From assembly GCA_041640595.1 (NCBI GenBank), contig JBEPZY010000004.1:32001-96000 (forward strand): a DNA stretch of 64,000 bases, written 5' to 3'. Each line of letters begins with the position of its first letter. Positions within the stretch are counted from its first letter, which is position 1. Positions 39,392 to 50,095 of this stretch are shown piece after piece. Made by a program: the position numbers and the translations under genes. Source of the DNA: Gemmatales bacterium. GTDB taxonomy: Bacteria; Planctomycetota; Planctomycetia; Gemmatales; HRBIN36. The notes under the pieces are model-generated. The model saw only the letters and a program-made list of their open reading frames with translations, ran no database searches and was not told where the DNA came from.

Positions 39392-40846
39392 TCAGCGCAA
39401 GAAATCGAGCAAGCTTGGCTGCAATACCTGTGCGGTTGCGCCCAGCACGAGCAGAAGCTGATTTTGTTGCGCCTGCAGACGCACCACCAGCTCCGCGAGG
39501 TCCGCCTCTTCCAGTTCGCCTAACCGGCCGCGCAATTCCACCTGCGTATCCTGCAAGTGCTGCTCCAGCGTCTCCAGCTGAGCCAGCGTCGCGGACTGTT
39601 CCCCCAGGAAGTGAAGCAACCGCGCATGAACACTGTCGAGCGCATCGAGCGAGCGACTGATGGCTTGTGCCTGCTGGGTAGGCGACAGGCCGCGGACATT
39701 TTCCAGGTCGTCGCGCAGCGCTATAAACGAATCGAATAACCCGTAACTGTTGGGAAATTCCACCCAATCGGTTCCGGTGCGGCGAACCGCTGTGGTATCC
39801 AGAAAAATAGTTCGGCCCTGGGCATCAGTGAGTTGTTGATTGGGCGAAAAGGTGATCGGGGTAATCGTCACCCCGCCGTCCAGCGATAAGGTGCCGTCCG
39901 CGGTAATCGCCACTGTGCCGGAAAAACCAGGCGTGATGGCGGTTGTGTTGAGATAGACCACCTCTCCGTTCGGCCCCACCACACGCAGGTCGGTGTCGGC
40001 GTTTGTCCAGGTAAATACCGGCCCTCCGTTCAGCGATACCGTACCGCTGGCTCCTGTCCCGCTGGTATCCGTCAGCGTTACGGTATGGGCACCGCTGGGA
40101 CCGAGAACCGTATCACCCGTCGGGGAACTGGCTCCTGGCAAAACGCCTGAACCAGGCGCATACGTCGTGGCCGTGTGCTGCACAGTAACAGCTACGCGTC
40201 CCCGCAGGCTCGACGTGCCGTTTCCCACCGCCAGGCCGGTTTGACCGATCACAACAGCCGGGCCGGTTTCGCCTGGCTGGAAAACCTCCGCCCCACTGTA
40301 AAGGTAGCGCACCAGGTCCGCTTCCCCGATGGCCGCGGTAGCTTCCGCTTCGTCGCCGACATAGCGCACGCGCACAATGCGACCACTGCCGTCTCGCTCA
40401 GCAACGAAGGGGGCAGCATTCGAATGCGCTCCCGCAAAGACGTATTGATCGGGAGTTCGGCTGTTGACCTGGTCGAGCAATTGTCCCAGCAGTCCGTCCA
40501 TTTCCTGAGCGATAGCATGCAGGGAGTTGGGGTCCTGGCTCCCATGCACTGCTTCAATAGCCAGGCTCCGTGCTCGCGCTATGATGCTGCTGATGTTTTG
40601 CAGAGCACTTGAAGAAGTCTGAAGAGTCAGGCGAACATCGCGGAGATTGTTACCCAGAGCGGTCAGGTGCTCGACGCGGGAACGATAGACCTGAGCGGTA
40701 TGAAACTTCACCGGATCATCCGAAGACCGCTGCAACTTTTTGCCGGTAAGTGCCTGCTGATGTAGCCGACCCAGTTCCCGCAAGGTAGCCGACAGATGGT
40801 CCAGCGCGTTTTGCACCAGAGCCGTAAACGTGGTGCGTTGAATCAT
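39392..40846 (-). CDS. flgL: Flagellar hook-associated protein 3
   Basis: Flagellin-like termini (TGKKLQRSSDDP; PSLLDFLR); directly after flgK. Confidence 0.9.
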   Translation of the reverse strand: MIQRTTFTALVQNALDHLSATLRELGRLHQQALTGKKLQRSSDDPVKFHTAQVYRSRVEHLTALGNNLRDVRLTLQTSSSALQNISSIIARARSLAIEAVHGSQDPNSLHAIAQEMDGLLGQLLDQVNSRTPDQYVFAGAHSNAAPFVAERDGSGRIVRVRYVGDEAEATAAIGEADLVRYLYSGAEVFQPGETGPAVVIGQTGLAVGNGTSSLRGRVAVTVQHTATTYAPGSGVLPGASSPTGDTVLGPSGAHTVTLTDTSGTGASGTVSLNGGPVFTWTNADTDLRVVGPNGEVVYLNTTAITPGFSGTVAITADGTLSLDGGVTITPITFSPNQQLTDAQGRTIFLDTTAVRRTGTDWVEFPNSYGLFDSFIALRDDLENVRGLSPTQQAQAISRSLDALDSVHARLLHFLGEQSATLAQLETLEQHLQDTQVELRGRLGELEEADLAELVVRLQAQQNQLLLVLGATAQVLQPSLLDFLR

Positions 40847-40862
40847 GGCTGTCTCTCAAGCT

Positions 40863-42827
40863 CTAGACAATGCGGAGCAATTCGTCGAGCGTGTCGTTGA
40901 CCACGGAAATATAGCGTGCCGCCAGCTGGAAAGCCCGTTGATGTTGCAACAGGCGGACCAGCTCTTCGTTGGGATCAACTCCGGAAACGGCCTGCTGCTC
41001 TGCCTGGAGTTGCTGGCTGACCGCGTGGAGATGATCTTCCACTTCAGCCGCGGATTGTACCTGTGCACCGATATCCGCCACCATGCGGTCGTAGAATCCG
41101 GCCAGCGTCAACCCGCTGCCTGGAAAGACAACCTGGGAGCGCAAGGCCAGCATTTCCCGCAATCGCCCGGCTTCGGCAGGTGCACCCGTGCGCGAAATCG
41201 CCAGCCGTGCGGGATCAGCGAGTACGTCGGGCTGCACTGCGACCGTCGCGGCATCTTTCCCCGTGAACAGCGTATTCAGCCCCAGAGCGCTCAGCAAACC
41301 GGCAGTGTCGGGCTCCGCGATGACAGGCACCTGAAAACTGTCTCCGGCATTGAGCGTTCCTGCCGAAAGTTGCACCAGCAGGCCATCCACGGCCGGGATC
41401 GCTGTGCCGGGAGCATAACCCTGGCCTACCTGCACGGTGCCCAGCACCTGGCCGGCGCTGTTGCGAATCTCCAGGGTCAAATTCGGCGTCACACCGATGG
41501 TGCCGCTCGTCAGGGCCTTAAATGTGTAGGTGTCGTTGACCGTGCCGGTGTATGTGCCGCTTACACTTGGCTGGGCCGTGCCAGTAATGCTCGTGGCTGG
41601 TTGGGTCGGTAGCCTGCCGGCAAAATCGAAAGCGTAACCCGGTTCGGCCAGGAACTTGAGGGTCCTGGTTTGAGGGTCGGCGATCGCTTGAAAGTGCGGT
41701 ACGCTGCTGAACGCCGACGCCAGTTGCGCCAGCGTTTGGGCACTCGGCTGCACCGACACGGCATGTAACGTTCGCTGTCCGGTGGCGAGATTGGTAATGC
41801 TGACGTAAACGGTGCCATTGCGGATTGGCCAGGCTGTATCGGCGCGGTCGAGGAAAATGTCCACGTGGCTTACCGACCTGGTTCCTGCCAGAAAAGTAAA
41901 CGGCCCGGCAAGACCTAATCCGCGAGCATGTATCGCATCGAACTCCCGCATCAGGACCCGTGCCAGTTCGTCGAGACGTTGGCGGAAATCGGCCAGGGTT
42001 TCATTCCGGGTCTGTAATAATCCAGCCAATCGCCCGCCCGGCAAGGTTACCGGCTCCGCACTGGTGCCGGCGAAGATGAGTAACCGATTTTCTGAGTCAA
42101 TTACCTGCCGCAGTTCTACCGCTTCCGTACCGCTGACCACCAGATTCCCACCCACCAGCACATTGACCTGTCCAAGCGGTTGTTCGATTACCTGCACTCC
42201 TACCAGCTGGGCAAGCTCTTGAATCAACTGATCGCGGCGATCCTGAGCATCGTTGGCGGGGCTACCGCGAGCCAGAGCCTGGGCAATTCGGCCGTTAAGT
42301 TCCGCAATCTGTTTTGTCAGCGCGTTGGCCTGTTGCAGAGCAGTTTGCACCTCGGCGGTGATTCCCTCGCGTAGCTCATTGAGCTGGTCCGCCACCTGGT
42401 GAAAACGGTTGGCGAGACGGTCAGCAGCATCCAGAACCAGCCGACGCTGCGTGAGATCTGCCGGCCGAACAGCCAATTCCTCCAGCCGATTGAAAAATTC
42501 GTCCAGAGCCTGACGCAGCGAACCGCTACCGCTCCCCAGGATAGTTTCCACCTCACGCAGGCGACTGAGCCGACTCGAAACAAACGCCAACTCACCCGCA
42601 TTTTGCCTGATGGCCTGCTCAAGCACCCCATCGCGCAAGCGTCGAATGGTGGTCAGTTCGACGCCGAAACCGATCGGATTTTCCGGGACAAATCGCGCCG
42701 CGAGTAACGGCTCCTGACGGTGATAACCAGGCGTATTGATATTGGCGATATTATGACCGAGCAGGTCGAGCACCTGCTGATTGACCCGAAAAGCCGAAAG
42801 CCCTGCCGAGAAATTCACGATGGCCAT
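40863..42827 (-). CDS. flgK: Flagellar hook-associated protein 1
   Basis: GHNIANINTPGYHRQ, DRRDQLIQEL, SGVDPNEEL…QRAFQ.AAR. Confidence 0.94.
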   Translation of the reverse strand: MAIVNFSAGLSAFRVNQQVLDLLGHNIANINTPGYHRQEPLLAARFVPENPIGFGVELTTIRRLRDGVLEQAIRQNAGELAFVSSRLSRLREVETILGSGSGSLRQALDEFFNRLEELAVRPADLTQRRLVLDAADRLANRFHQVADQLNELREGITAEVQTALQQANALTKQIAELNGRIAQALARGSPANDAQDRRDQLIQELAQLVGVQVIEQPLGQVNVLVGGNLVVSGTEAVELRQVIDSENRLLIFAGTSAEPVTLPGGRLAGLLQTRNETLADFRQRLDELARVLMREFDAIHARGLGLAGPFTFLAGTRSVSHVDIFLDRADTAWPIRNGTVYVSITNLATGQRTLHAVSVQPSAQTLAQLASAFSSVPHFQAIADPQTRTLKFLAEPGYAFDFAGRLPTQPATSITGTAQPSVSGTYTGTVNDTYTFKALTSGTIGVTPNLTLEIRNSAGQVLGTVQVGQGYAPGTAIPAVDGLLVQLSAGTLNAGDSFQVPVIAEPDTAGLLSALGLNTLFTGKDAATVAVQPDVLADPARLAISRTGAPAEAGRLREMLALRSQVVFPGSGLTLAGFYDRMVADIGAQVQSAAEVEDHLHAVSQQLQAEQQAVSGVDPNEELVRLLQHQRAFQLAARYISVVNDTLDELLRIV

Positions 42828-42854
42828 GGTTGCATCCGCGATTCCAGGGGGAGT

Positions 42855-43358
42855 CTAGCCCAGGAGCTGGATCAATGGGTCGCAGCAGCGCTGGCCGGGT
42901 TGTCCGTGTCGGTCATAATTTCCCGAACCTGGCGCAGATTCATTCAAGATGGCCGCAAGCATTCGGCCGTACAATTCACGCCCGAACCAGGCCAGCACCG
43001 CTACCCGCCGCAAATTCCGCTGCATTTCCAGGGCAAGCTGTCGCAGGCGCTCCCGCTGCCGACGCAATGACACCGCGGTGTCAGCGGTAAGCCGGCTTTC
43101 AAACGCCAACCAGTCCACACTTCCGTCACCGCGTACCGGCAGATTCCTTTTCAGAGCTTCCCGCTCCGCCTGTAATTTCTCCGCCCGCTTGGCCTGTACG
43201 AGAAACTCCTCCAGTACCGCACTAAGCTGGGCCAACTCCCCATTGACCAGACACGCATGCAGTCGAGCTAACGCTTCGCGCAGCGACTGGAGCCTTGCTT
43301 CTTCCTGCTCCAGATAATATGCCACGGCGGTCGCTGAAATCTGTGGATGCTCGCTCAT
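42855..43358 (-). CDS. FlgN-like export chaperone
   Basis: Helical ~167-aa protein ending in YDRHG, immediately upstream of flgK. Confidence 0.65.
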   Translation of the reverse strand: MSEHPQISATAVAYYLEQEEARLQSLREALARLHACLVNGELAQLSAVLEEFLVQAKRAEKLQAEREALKRNLPVRGDGSVDWLAFESRLTADTAVSLRRQRERLRQLALEMQRNLRRVAVLAWFGRELYGRMLAAILNESAPGSGNYDRHGQPGQRCCDPLIQLLG

Positions 43359-43389
43359 GGTGATCGCTTTCATCTAATGTTCAGGTTGC

Positions 43390-43824
43390 TCAGACGCCAG
43401 AGGTTGCCCGCGGGGAATTCGATAACCGTGGCTCGCTTCCTGAAGCCTCGGGTGTCTCCTGCGATAGCTTGGCTGCCCCGGTTTGCCATCGCTCATAGTG
43501 CTCTTGTATCAGTCGGCCGATGCCGAGCTGCTGCCGCTGGGCCAGAAACTGCCCAAGATAATAATCGAAGAGTCCACCAAAAATGTCGGCCTCATCTCCA
43601 GCGAACAAGCCTTCCCCTAATTCCTGAGTGGTCTGCCGCAACTGTTTGATGAGCGTGCTGTAAAAGAGCGCCTCGAAACTCAAAGCCGCCTGCCGCAATG
43701 CCTCTTTTGATTTCGCGGCATGTTCTGCGAGTGATGTCCGTCCAGACCTGACCAGGCCGGCTAGCCGGTCCGCTTGTGTCGCCAGGAGATCTACCGGTAT
43801 TCGCGGTGTGGCCAGAAGTTCCAT
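43390..43824 (-). CDS. Single-domain FlgJ-like rod-binding protein
   Basis: LRQAALSFEALF…IKQLR…IFGGLFD…LA…LGIG; no muramidase domain; follows flgI. Confidence 0.75.
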   Translation of the reverse strand: MELLATPRIPVDLLATQADRLAGLVRSGRTSLAEHAAKSKEALRQAALSFEALFYSTLIKQLRQTTQELGEGLFAGDEADIFGGLFDYYLGQFLAQRQQLGIGRLIQEHYERWQTGAAKLSQETPEASGSEPRLSNSPRATSGV

Positions 43825-43852
43825 CCTGCTTCTCCGGCTTTTCGGTTGCACT

Positions 43853-44977
43853 TCATTCAATAATGAGTTCCGCATGCAACGCCCCGGCGTCCTTCAGTGC
43901 CTGGAAAATGGCAATCAAATCGCGAGGGGTAACGCCCAGGGCGTTTAGAGCGCGGGCCAGCTCGGCTACCGTGACCGATTGCTCCACCACCGCCAGACCT
44001 CCGCCTTGTTCGGTTACGTTGAGTTGCGTACGTGGCACTACCGTCGTCTGGCCGCGACTAAAAGGCAATGGTTGCGACACTTCGGGATTTTCCGCGGTTA
44101 CGATCGTGAGATTGCCGTGCGCGACCGCCACTGTAGATATTTTGACATGCTGTCCGGCAACGACCGTTCCGGTGCGCTCATTGATAACAACCACCGCTAC
44201 TGCATCGGGAGCAACTTCGAGCAAGCCGATCTCTCCGGCAAAACCCACCACATTGCCACGTTTTTCCGGCGGAATGGCCACCTCCACCGTGCCGGCGTCC
44301 AGAGTTACTGCCGATTCTGGAAATTTCTGGTTGATAGCACGGGCAATAGCTTGTGCCGTTGTGAAATCCGGACGCTTCAGTAAAAGACGCAACCGTCCAT
44401 TGCAAACGATCTCGCCTCGTGCCTCAGCCTCTACAATCGCTCCACCTGGAATGCGTCCCACCGTCGGAAAATTCTGCTGTGCCGATGCCGCTCGTCCAGT
44501 TGCTAAAAATCCTCCCACCGATACAGGCCCTTGGGCCACCGCATACACTTCCCCATCCGCTCCGCGCAAAGGCGTCAAAAGCAGCACGCCACCCTGCAAA
44601 CTCTTGGCGTCATCCAGCGCCGATACGGTCACGTCTATTCGACTCCCTTTGCGTGCAAACGGGCCTAACTCCGCCGTCACCATCACAGCCGAAATATTCC
44701 CCGAACGAAACACTGGATCAATCTGCGATTCTCGCACTGCCTTCGCATTCACCGATAGTTTCTGCAACATATCCGCCGCTACCTGTTGTGTGAACTGACT
44801 GCGTCCACCTGTATTACCCAGTCCCACAACTAAACCAAATCCATAGAGCTGATTCGGCCGTGCCCCTTCAAAGTCGGTAATATCCTTGATCCGCACCGTC
44901 TGTGCTTGTGCTTGCGGGAGGCAATTCCATAAGTATAAGGCTACTAATAAAACCCGTGGTCGGTTGCAGAACCTCAT
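43853..44977 (-). CDS. flgI: Flagellar P-ring protein
   Basis: RIKDI, NQLYGFGLVVGL, AKSLQGGVLL, INERTGTVV, ALKDAGALHAEL. Confidence 0.97.
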   Translation of the reverse strand: MRFCNRPRVLLVALYLWNCLPQAQAQTVRIKDITDFEGARPNQLYGFGLVVGLGNTGGRSQFTQQVAADMLQKLSVNAKAVRESQIDPVFRSGNISAVMVTAELGPFARKGSRIDVTVSALDDAKSLQGGVLLLTPLRGADGEVYAVAQGPVSVGGFLATGRAASAQQNFPTVGRIPGGAIVEAEARGEIVCNGRLRLLLKRPDFTTAQAIARAINQKFPESAVTLDAGTVEVAIPPEKRGNVVGFAGEIGLLEVAPDAVAVVVINERTGTVVAGQHVKISTVAVAHGNLTIVTAENPEVSQPLPFSRGQTTVVPRTQLNVTEQGGGLAVVEQSVTVAELARALNALGVTPRDLIAIFQALKDAGALHAELIIE

Positions 44978-45082
44978 ATGTCTGCCACCCTTGATTTTGC
45001 CCCGAAATTATCTTGCTGCTGGATATTGCACATGGTATGTTTCCGCCGATATTTATTCTGGTAGCACTATGCGTCATCTAGC

Positions 45083-45778
45083 TTAGAACGGCCAAAGACG
45101 ATTCATGATACGGCCCCACCAGTTCGGGTCGTTATAACTCGATTCATAACCCCGTCCCAGATATTCGATGCTAAGGTTGCCGATAAACTGCGATTGAACG
45201 GTGTTGTTACTGGCTATATCAACCGGCCGTACAATACCCCGCAGGCGTAAAATGCGTTGTTCTCCACTTATGACGCGACTACGGTAACCTTCGATGACGA
45301 GATTTCCGTTTGGTAGAACCGCCACGACCTCAACTGTTATACGATCAGCCATCCGCCGGTCAGCGCGATAATCGGCCTTCCCCTGGAAACTTCGTTCGGC
45401 ATCGTTACTGATATTCAGAGCCGCCTCAGCTTTTCGGCTCGACACATTTCCCTGTGTTTTGCCCTTAAACTGAAAGGCTTCCGAACTGCGCGTTTGCTTC
45501 TCCATGTCCCGCTTATCTCGATTATCTATATCCGTGGTCTCGTTGATGATCACTGTCAGCAGATCGCCTACCCGACGGGCACGCAGATCGGTGAATAGAT
45601 AAGCACTTCGGGGGTCGCGTCGGTCCCAGAGCGACTCGCCCCAGACATGGCTGGTAAATGCTAAGGCGAATCCTATGCTGATTAATCCAGCCAAGCAAAG
45701 GAGTGACTTATGCTGATAATAGCTCTCGCATCGGCTAACCTGCGTATTATCCATTCTCTTTCCCCCGCAGTAAGCCAC
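45083..45778 (-). CDS. flgH: Flagellar L-ring protein
   Basis: DLRARRVGDLLTVII, VLPNGNLVIEG, GIVRPVDI…NTVQS, RLWPF. Start may be downstream of 45778. Confidence 0.92.
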   Translation of the reverse strand: MAYCGGKRMDNTQVSRCESYYQHKSLLCLAGLISIGFALAFTSHVWGESLWDRRDPRSAYLFTDLRARRVGDLLTVIINETTDIDNRDKRDMEKQTRSSEAFQFKGKTQGNVSSRKAEAALNISNDAERSFQGKADYRADRRMADRITVEVVAVLPNGNLVIEGYRSRVISGEQRILRLRGIVRPVDIASNNTVQSQFIGNLSIEYLGRGYESSYNDPNWWGRIMNRLWPF

Positions 45779-45840
45779 CCTGGTGGTTCTAACATATAAT
45801 AATGTCCCTTAGCCGCAGCTATCTTGTTCGTTTTTATGCT

Positions 45841-46668
45841 TTAGTAATCCACCTGCACGGTAGCTGGCCGCAATACCCGCGCATGCACAACCTGCTTAGA
45901 ATCCACATTCCGGACCGGAATTACCTGTCCGATCTTGCCATCTGCCAGGGCTTCGCCGCGAGTGCTAATCTCCAGCACGCCCACTCGTGCGATCATCCGA
46001 ACAAACTCTCCTTTCTTGATCACGGTGGTCTGTTCCGCACTTGCAATGTGTTCGGCTCGGATTACTTGATTCGGCGATATATTACGACTCACCGTTCGGC
46101 CATAAGCGGCATTTGGGCTTACAGCATTGGTCTCGCCGACTCTGTGTTCCGTTCGCGTGTTATTGGGACTAAGCAGCTCGCCTGGCTGCAACGATCTGGC
46201 AGCCACCAGCACCACGTCTCCACCGGTAGCGGAAACAGATCCGGTCTGTTTGAACCTAACTCGGGTCATTCGCGCCCCTTCTATCCGAACAGTGTCGGGA
46301 TGAATTCCCGCCAGGCGGATTCGGTAAACGACTCGTCGCTGGCTGATTATTAATTCGCTGCCCGGGCCCGCGCTTTCCTCTAACTCAAGCGGAGCAATCT
46401 GCAGGCGCCTGGGAGCAGGCCCGCCTCTAATGTCCGCAATATCCCCTATCTGTACGCGGCCGGCAGGTAACTCTACTTCCTCATGCATGACAACATACGT
46501 TACGTCATCACCTGATTCCACGCCTAATAACTTGCCCGGCAGCATAGGCGTTGAAGCGAAAGCAACAGTCAGTGTGAACAGCATGAGCTTCAGGAGCGCA
46601 AAAAGGTAATGCCTGGACTGTTGCGACAGGAATGCTACCTGCTTCATGGGAAGCATTAGCCGTACCAT
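45841..46668 (-). CDS. flgA: Flagellar basal-body P-ring formation chaperone
   Basis: SAF-like region, IKKGEFV…GEALADGKIGQVIPVRNVDSKQ; between flgG and flgH. Confidence 0.88.
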   Translation of the reverse strand: MVRLMLPMKQVAFLSQQSRHYLFALLKLMLFTLTVAFASTPMLPGKLLGVESGDDVTYVVMHEEVELPAGRVQIGDIADIRGGPAPRRLQIAPLELEESAGPGSELIISQRRVVYRIRLAGIHPDTVRIEGARMTRVRFKQTGSVSATGGDVVLVAARSLQPGELLSPNNTRTEHRVGETNAVSPNAAYGRTVSRNISPNQVIRAEHIASAEQTTVIKKGEFVRMIARVGVLEISTRGEALADGKIGQVIPVRNVDSKQVVHARVLRPATVQVDY

Positions 46669-46760
46669 ATCACTATCGTGGTTATACTCTGTAGTGCCTA
46701 CTGCGTCCTCAGATGGTAAGGCTCCGATGACTATCGTTGTTCATCGGGTCTAGCGTGCTC

Positions 46761-47552
46761 CTATCGGACCAATTCGTTGGAACTGGCCAGCATATCATCG
46801 GCGACACGTATAGCCTTACTGTTAAATTCGTAAGCTCGCTGTGCCAGGATAAGATTAATAAGCTCCTGGACGACATCTACGTTGGACCTTTCCAGGAACC
46901 CCTGCCGTATAGTACCCACTCCATCCTGCCCTGGAGTTGCTTCCACTGGGGCACCGGAAGATGCGGTTTCCGCGTAAAGATTGCGGCCTTCGCTGCTAAG
47001 TCCGGCAGGATTAGGAAAACGTACCAGCACGAGATTGCCAATTACTGTGGATGTTGTCGGAGCGTCGGCGGTAATCACGGAAACCGTCCCATCAGTGGCT
47101 ATGGATATAGACAGGGTGTTGACTGGCACCGTGATTGGAGGATCGAGCAGAAAACCATCGGAAGTGACTACTTGACCGTTGGCATTCATGCGAAAGGCAC
47201 CATCGCGGGTATATCGGAAGGTGCCGTTCGGCAGTTGCACGCGGAAAAATCCTTCCCCTTCAATAGCGAGATCCAGGGGATTGTTAGTATTTTCGAGCAC
47301 CCCCTCGCTAAACAACTTCATGTTACCGCCGATGCGCACGCCGCTACCGATCTGCAAGCCATTTTGTTCCTGCAAACCGGCAGCGGTTTCCGCACCGGTA
47401 GGTCGCTGGGTAACGTAAACCAGATCCTGAAACGATACCTGGCTCTTCTTGAATCCGGTTGTATTGACGTTAGCGAGATTGTTAGCGGTGTTATCTACTA
47501 CAATTTGTTGCGCTGCCATGCCGGTGGCACTGGTGAAGAGGGACTTAAGCAT
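46761..47552 (-). CDS. flgG: Flagellar distal rod protein
   Basis: ATGM.AQQ…ANNLANVNTTGFKK, FQDLVY, LERSNVDVV.ELI.LI.AQRAYE.NSK. Confidence 0.96.
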   Translation of the reverse strand: MLKSLFTSATGMAAQQIVVDNTANNLANVNTTGFKKSQVSFQDLVYVTQRPTGAETAAGLQEQNGLQIGSGVRIGGNMKLFSEGVLENTNNPLDLAIEGEGFFRVQLPNGTFRYTRDGAFRMNANGQVVTSDGFLLDPPITVPVNTLSISIATDGTVSVITADAPTTSTVIGNLVLVRFPNPAGLSSEGRNLYAETASSGAPVEATPGQDGVGTIRQGFLERSNVDVVQELINLILAQRAYEFNSKAIRVADDMLASSNELVR

Positions 47553-47573
47553 GGCTATCTCCCCTGCTAAGTT

Positions 47574-48305
47574 TTACGAGCCTGGTCGCGTTTGCAGTTG
47601 CAGACTATCTGCTAATACGTGCAAGGCGCGTTGTGCCGCTTCAAAATGACGTAAAGTCGTAATGAGTTGCACCAATTGACTTACGATATCCACGTTAGAA
47701 CTTTCACGATAGCCCTGAAGAACACTACTGTCATTAGCATCACTAACAGCTTCGGGCGGAGCACGGAATAAAGTCGCACCAACTGGTTCTAATGCTCGCG
47801 GATCATTGATTTCGACCAGACGGATTTGTCCTACGGTCTGCGTGTCGGCGAGCACAGTGCCATCCTGAAGTATAGTAACCGTGGATGTGTTCTCGGGCAA
47901 GGTAATGCGTCCACCAGCACCGAGGAGAGGATAACCACCGGGAGTGACTAACTCTCGGGCCGCATTCAAAGAGAGGGAACCCGCGCGGGTGTAAAGCGGA
48001 CCATCGGGGCCTTCCACAACGAAAAAGCCAGGACCGCGAACAGCGAGATCAAGAGGTGCCCCAGTAAACTCAATTGCTCCCTGAGTCAAGTCCACGAGCG
48101 ATCCTGCACGAAGTGTACCGTAACGCTCATATTCTGTCGGGGCGGCGCCTAGAACCTGATTCAGCTGTGCCTCGAAGGTTGCCGAGGCATCGAGTCGCTG
48201 GCGGTAACCGGGGACAGCGGCATGGGCGAGGTTAAAAGCCACTAGCTCCTGGTGTTCCTGAGCACGATTCAAGGCAGTAGCGGCACTATAAAAACCCGTA
48301 AGCAT
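47574..48305 (-). CDS. flgF: Flagellar proximal rod protein
   Basis: TGAPLDLAV.GPGFF, YTRAG, QGYRESSNV; upstream of flgG. Confidence 0.85.
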   Translation of the reverse strand: MLTGFYSAATALNRAQEHQELVAFNLAHAAVPGYRQRLDASATFEAQLNQVLGAAPTEYERYGTLRAGSLVDLTQGAIEFTGAPLDLAVRGPGFFVVEGPDGPLYTRAGSLSLNAARELVTPGGYPLLGAGGRITLPENTSTVTILQDGTVLADTQTVGQIRLVEINDPRALEPVGATLFRAPPEAVSDANDSSVLQGYRESSNVDIVSQLVQLITTLRHFEAAQRALHVLADSLQLQTRPGS

Positions 48306-48481
48306 GGCCTACCCCGCCTCAGTGTGGCCTCCCTTCTCCACGCTCGTTATCATCACGACTATAAGAGGCGAATATGCTGGCCTTAATTCCACGGGGCTCA
48401 TCGGGGATGTTAAAGTTTGCGGGAGAGTTAAAATTTACGCCCTTTGCTGAATCATCTAAGTCGCCATCAGCTCCAGAACTC

Positions 48482-48509
48482 TTATCGGTTGCAAGGGATG
48501 CGAAATTGA
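48482..48509 (-). promoter_or_regulatory. Possible sigma28/FliA-like promoter of the flg operon
   Basis: Minus strand TCAATTT…ACCGATAA (TCAA-N16-ACCGATAA), ~180 bp upstream of flgF. Confidence 0.4.
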
Positions 48510-48640
48510 TCGCGTCCACCTGTTTTAGGGAATAGGCGCGAGAAAATAGAAGGTTGGAACAAATCAAGGGGAGTTGACGGAACAGAACTTCCGCCTGGGC
48601 ACGAACTCGTTCGCCAGCCGCAATCTGCGTTTATTGCTGC

Positions 48641-50095
48641 TTAAACGGAAATTTCTGCCCGCTGCTTAAGGTACGCACGGTAACGGTCTCGAATAGGCTC
48701 GACGACTTCCTGGATGAATTCGACAACCTGTTGCGGAGCACGCCCCACACAGCGCTCGGGTTTGCTTAGAGCGTCAAAATCCATCCCGGCAAAAATCGGT
48801 TCGTCCGCAAGACGTTGCCACAAGTGCTCAACTTTGCCGTGCTTGAGCTGCTCAGCCACGGCGAGTGTGTGTCGGCGAATGATTTCGTGAACGGCCTGGC
48901 GATCAGCACCGCGACGAACTGCCTCCATGAGCAAGTGTTCCGTGGCCATAAACGGCAACTCCCGCTGCAGATGAAGAGCTATCATTTCAGTATTTACCAC
49001 AAGGCCGCTCACTATATTCAGATAAAGCCGAAGGACGGCGTCTGCCGTCAGGAAAGCCTGTGGTAACACTAGGCGACGATTAGCACTATCGTCGAGAGTG
49101 CGTTCCAGCCATTGCGTCGCTGCTGTGTAGTGGGCATTGTGGCTAAGTTCGATCAAGAATCGCGCCAGGCCGCACAGTCGTTCAGCACGCATAGGATTGC
49201 GCTTATAAGGCATGGCAGATGAGCCAACCTGTTCTGCTTCAAACGGTTCTTCGATTTCATGCTCGTGCTGTAAGAGCCGCAGGTCACTGGCAAACTTATG
49301 GGCCGACTGACCGATACCGCTCAGAGCATCGAGTATCTGAGCATCTACCTTTCTAGTGTATGTTTGTCCAGTAACGGGGTGGACGTTTTCGAAGCCCAAC
49401 TTCTTTGCGACGAGCCGATCGAGACGGCGAACCTTATCGTGATCTCCGTGGAATAGCGTAAGAAAACTCGCTTGCGTACCGGTGGCACCCTTGGCGCCGC
49501 GAAAAGCTAGACCTTGAAGCCGGCGCTCCAGTTCCTGGAGATCCAGCACCAGATCGTAGCACCAGAGGCAAGCGCGTTTGCCGACTGTAGTTAGTTGTGC
49601 GGGTTGGAAATGCGTGTAACCCAGCGTTGGCAGGTCGCGCCAGCGCTCGGCGAATTCCGCCAGACGATCGATTACCCCAACCAGCCTTTGCACCAGTAAA
49701 CGCAAACCCTCCCGCATCAGGATCAGATCAGCATTATCGGTCACATAGCAACTGGTCGCCCCCAGATGAATGATGGGTCTGGCTTGTGGACAAACGTCTC
49801 CGAACGCATAAATGTGAGCGGTAACATCGTGGCGGAAGCGCCGTTCGTAAGCGGCTGCTTTTTCCCAATCAATGTCGTCTAAATGAGCACGCATCGCTTC
49901 GAGTTGCTCTGCTGTAATAAGGGGAGTAACGCCGTCCGCCGCAGTTAGTCCCAGTTCGTATTGCGCTTCCGCTAACGCCAGCCAGAGCCGCCGCCATAAG
50001 CCATAGCGGCGTTGGGGACTCCATAGTTCGATCATTTCCGGTGAGGCATAGCGTTCGACGAGCGGATTATCGCATATTCTGGTTTCACATTGCAT
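48641..50095 (-). CDS. purB: Adenylosuccinate lyase
   Basis: [32 protein letters not shown]. Confidence 0.96.
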   Translation of the reverse strand: MQCETRICDNPLVERYASPEMIELWSPQRRYGLWRRLWLALAEAQYELGLTAADGVTPLITAEQLEAMRAHLDDIDWEKAAAYERRFRHDVTAHIYAFGDVCPQARPIIHLGATSCYVTDNADLILMREGLRLLVQRLVGVIDRLAEFAERWRDLPTLGYTHFQPAQLTTVGKRACLWCYDLVLDLQELERRLQGLAFRGAKGATGTQASFLTLFHGDHDKVRRLDRLVAKKLGFENVHPVTGQTYTRKVDAQILDALSGIGQSAHKFASDLRLLQHEHEIEEPFEAEQVGSSAMPYKRNPMRAERLCGLARFLIELSHNAHYTAATQWLERTLDDSANRRLVLPQAFLTADAVLRLYLNIVSGLVVNTEMIALHLQRELPFMATEHLLMEAVRRGADRQAVHEIIRRHTLAVAEQLKHGKVEHLWQRLADEPIFAGMDFDALSKPERCVGRAPQQVVEFIQEVVEPIRDRYRAYLKQRAEISV

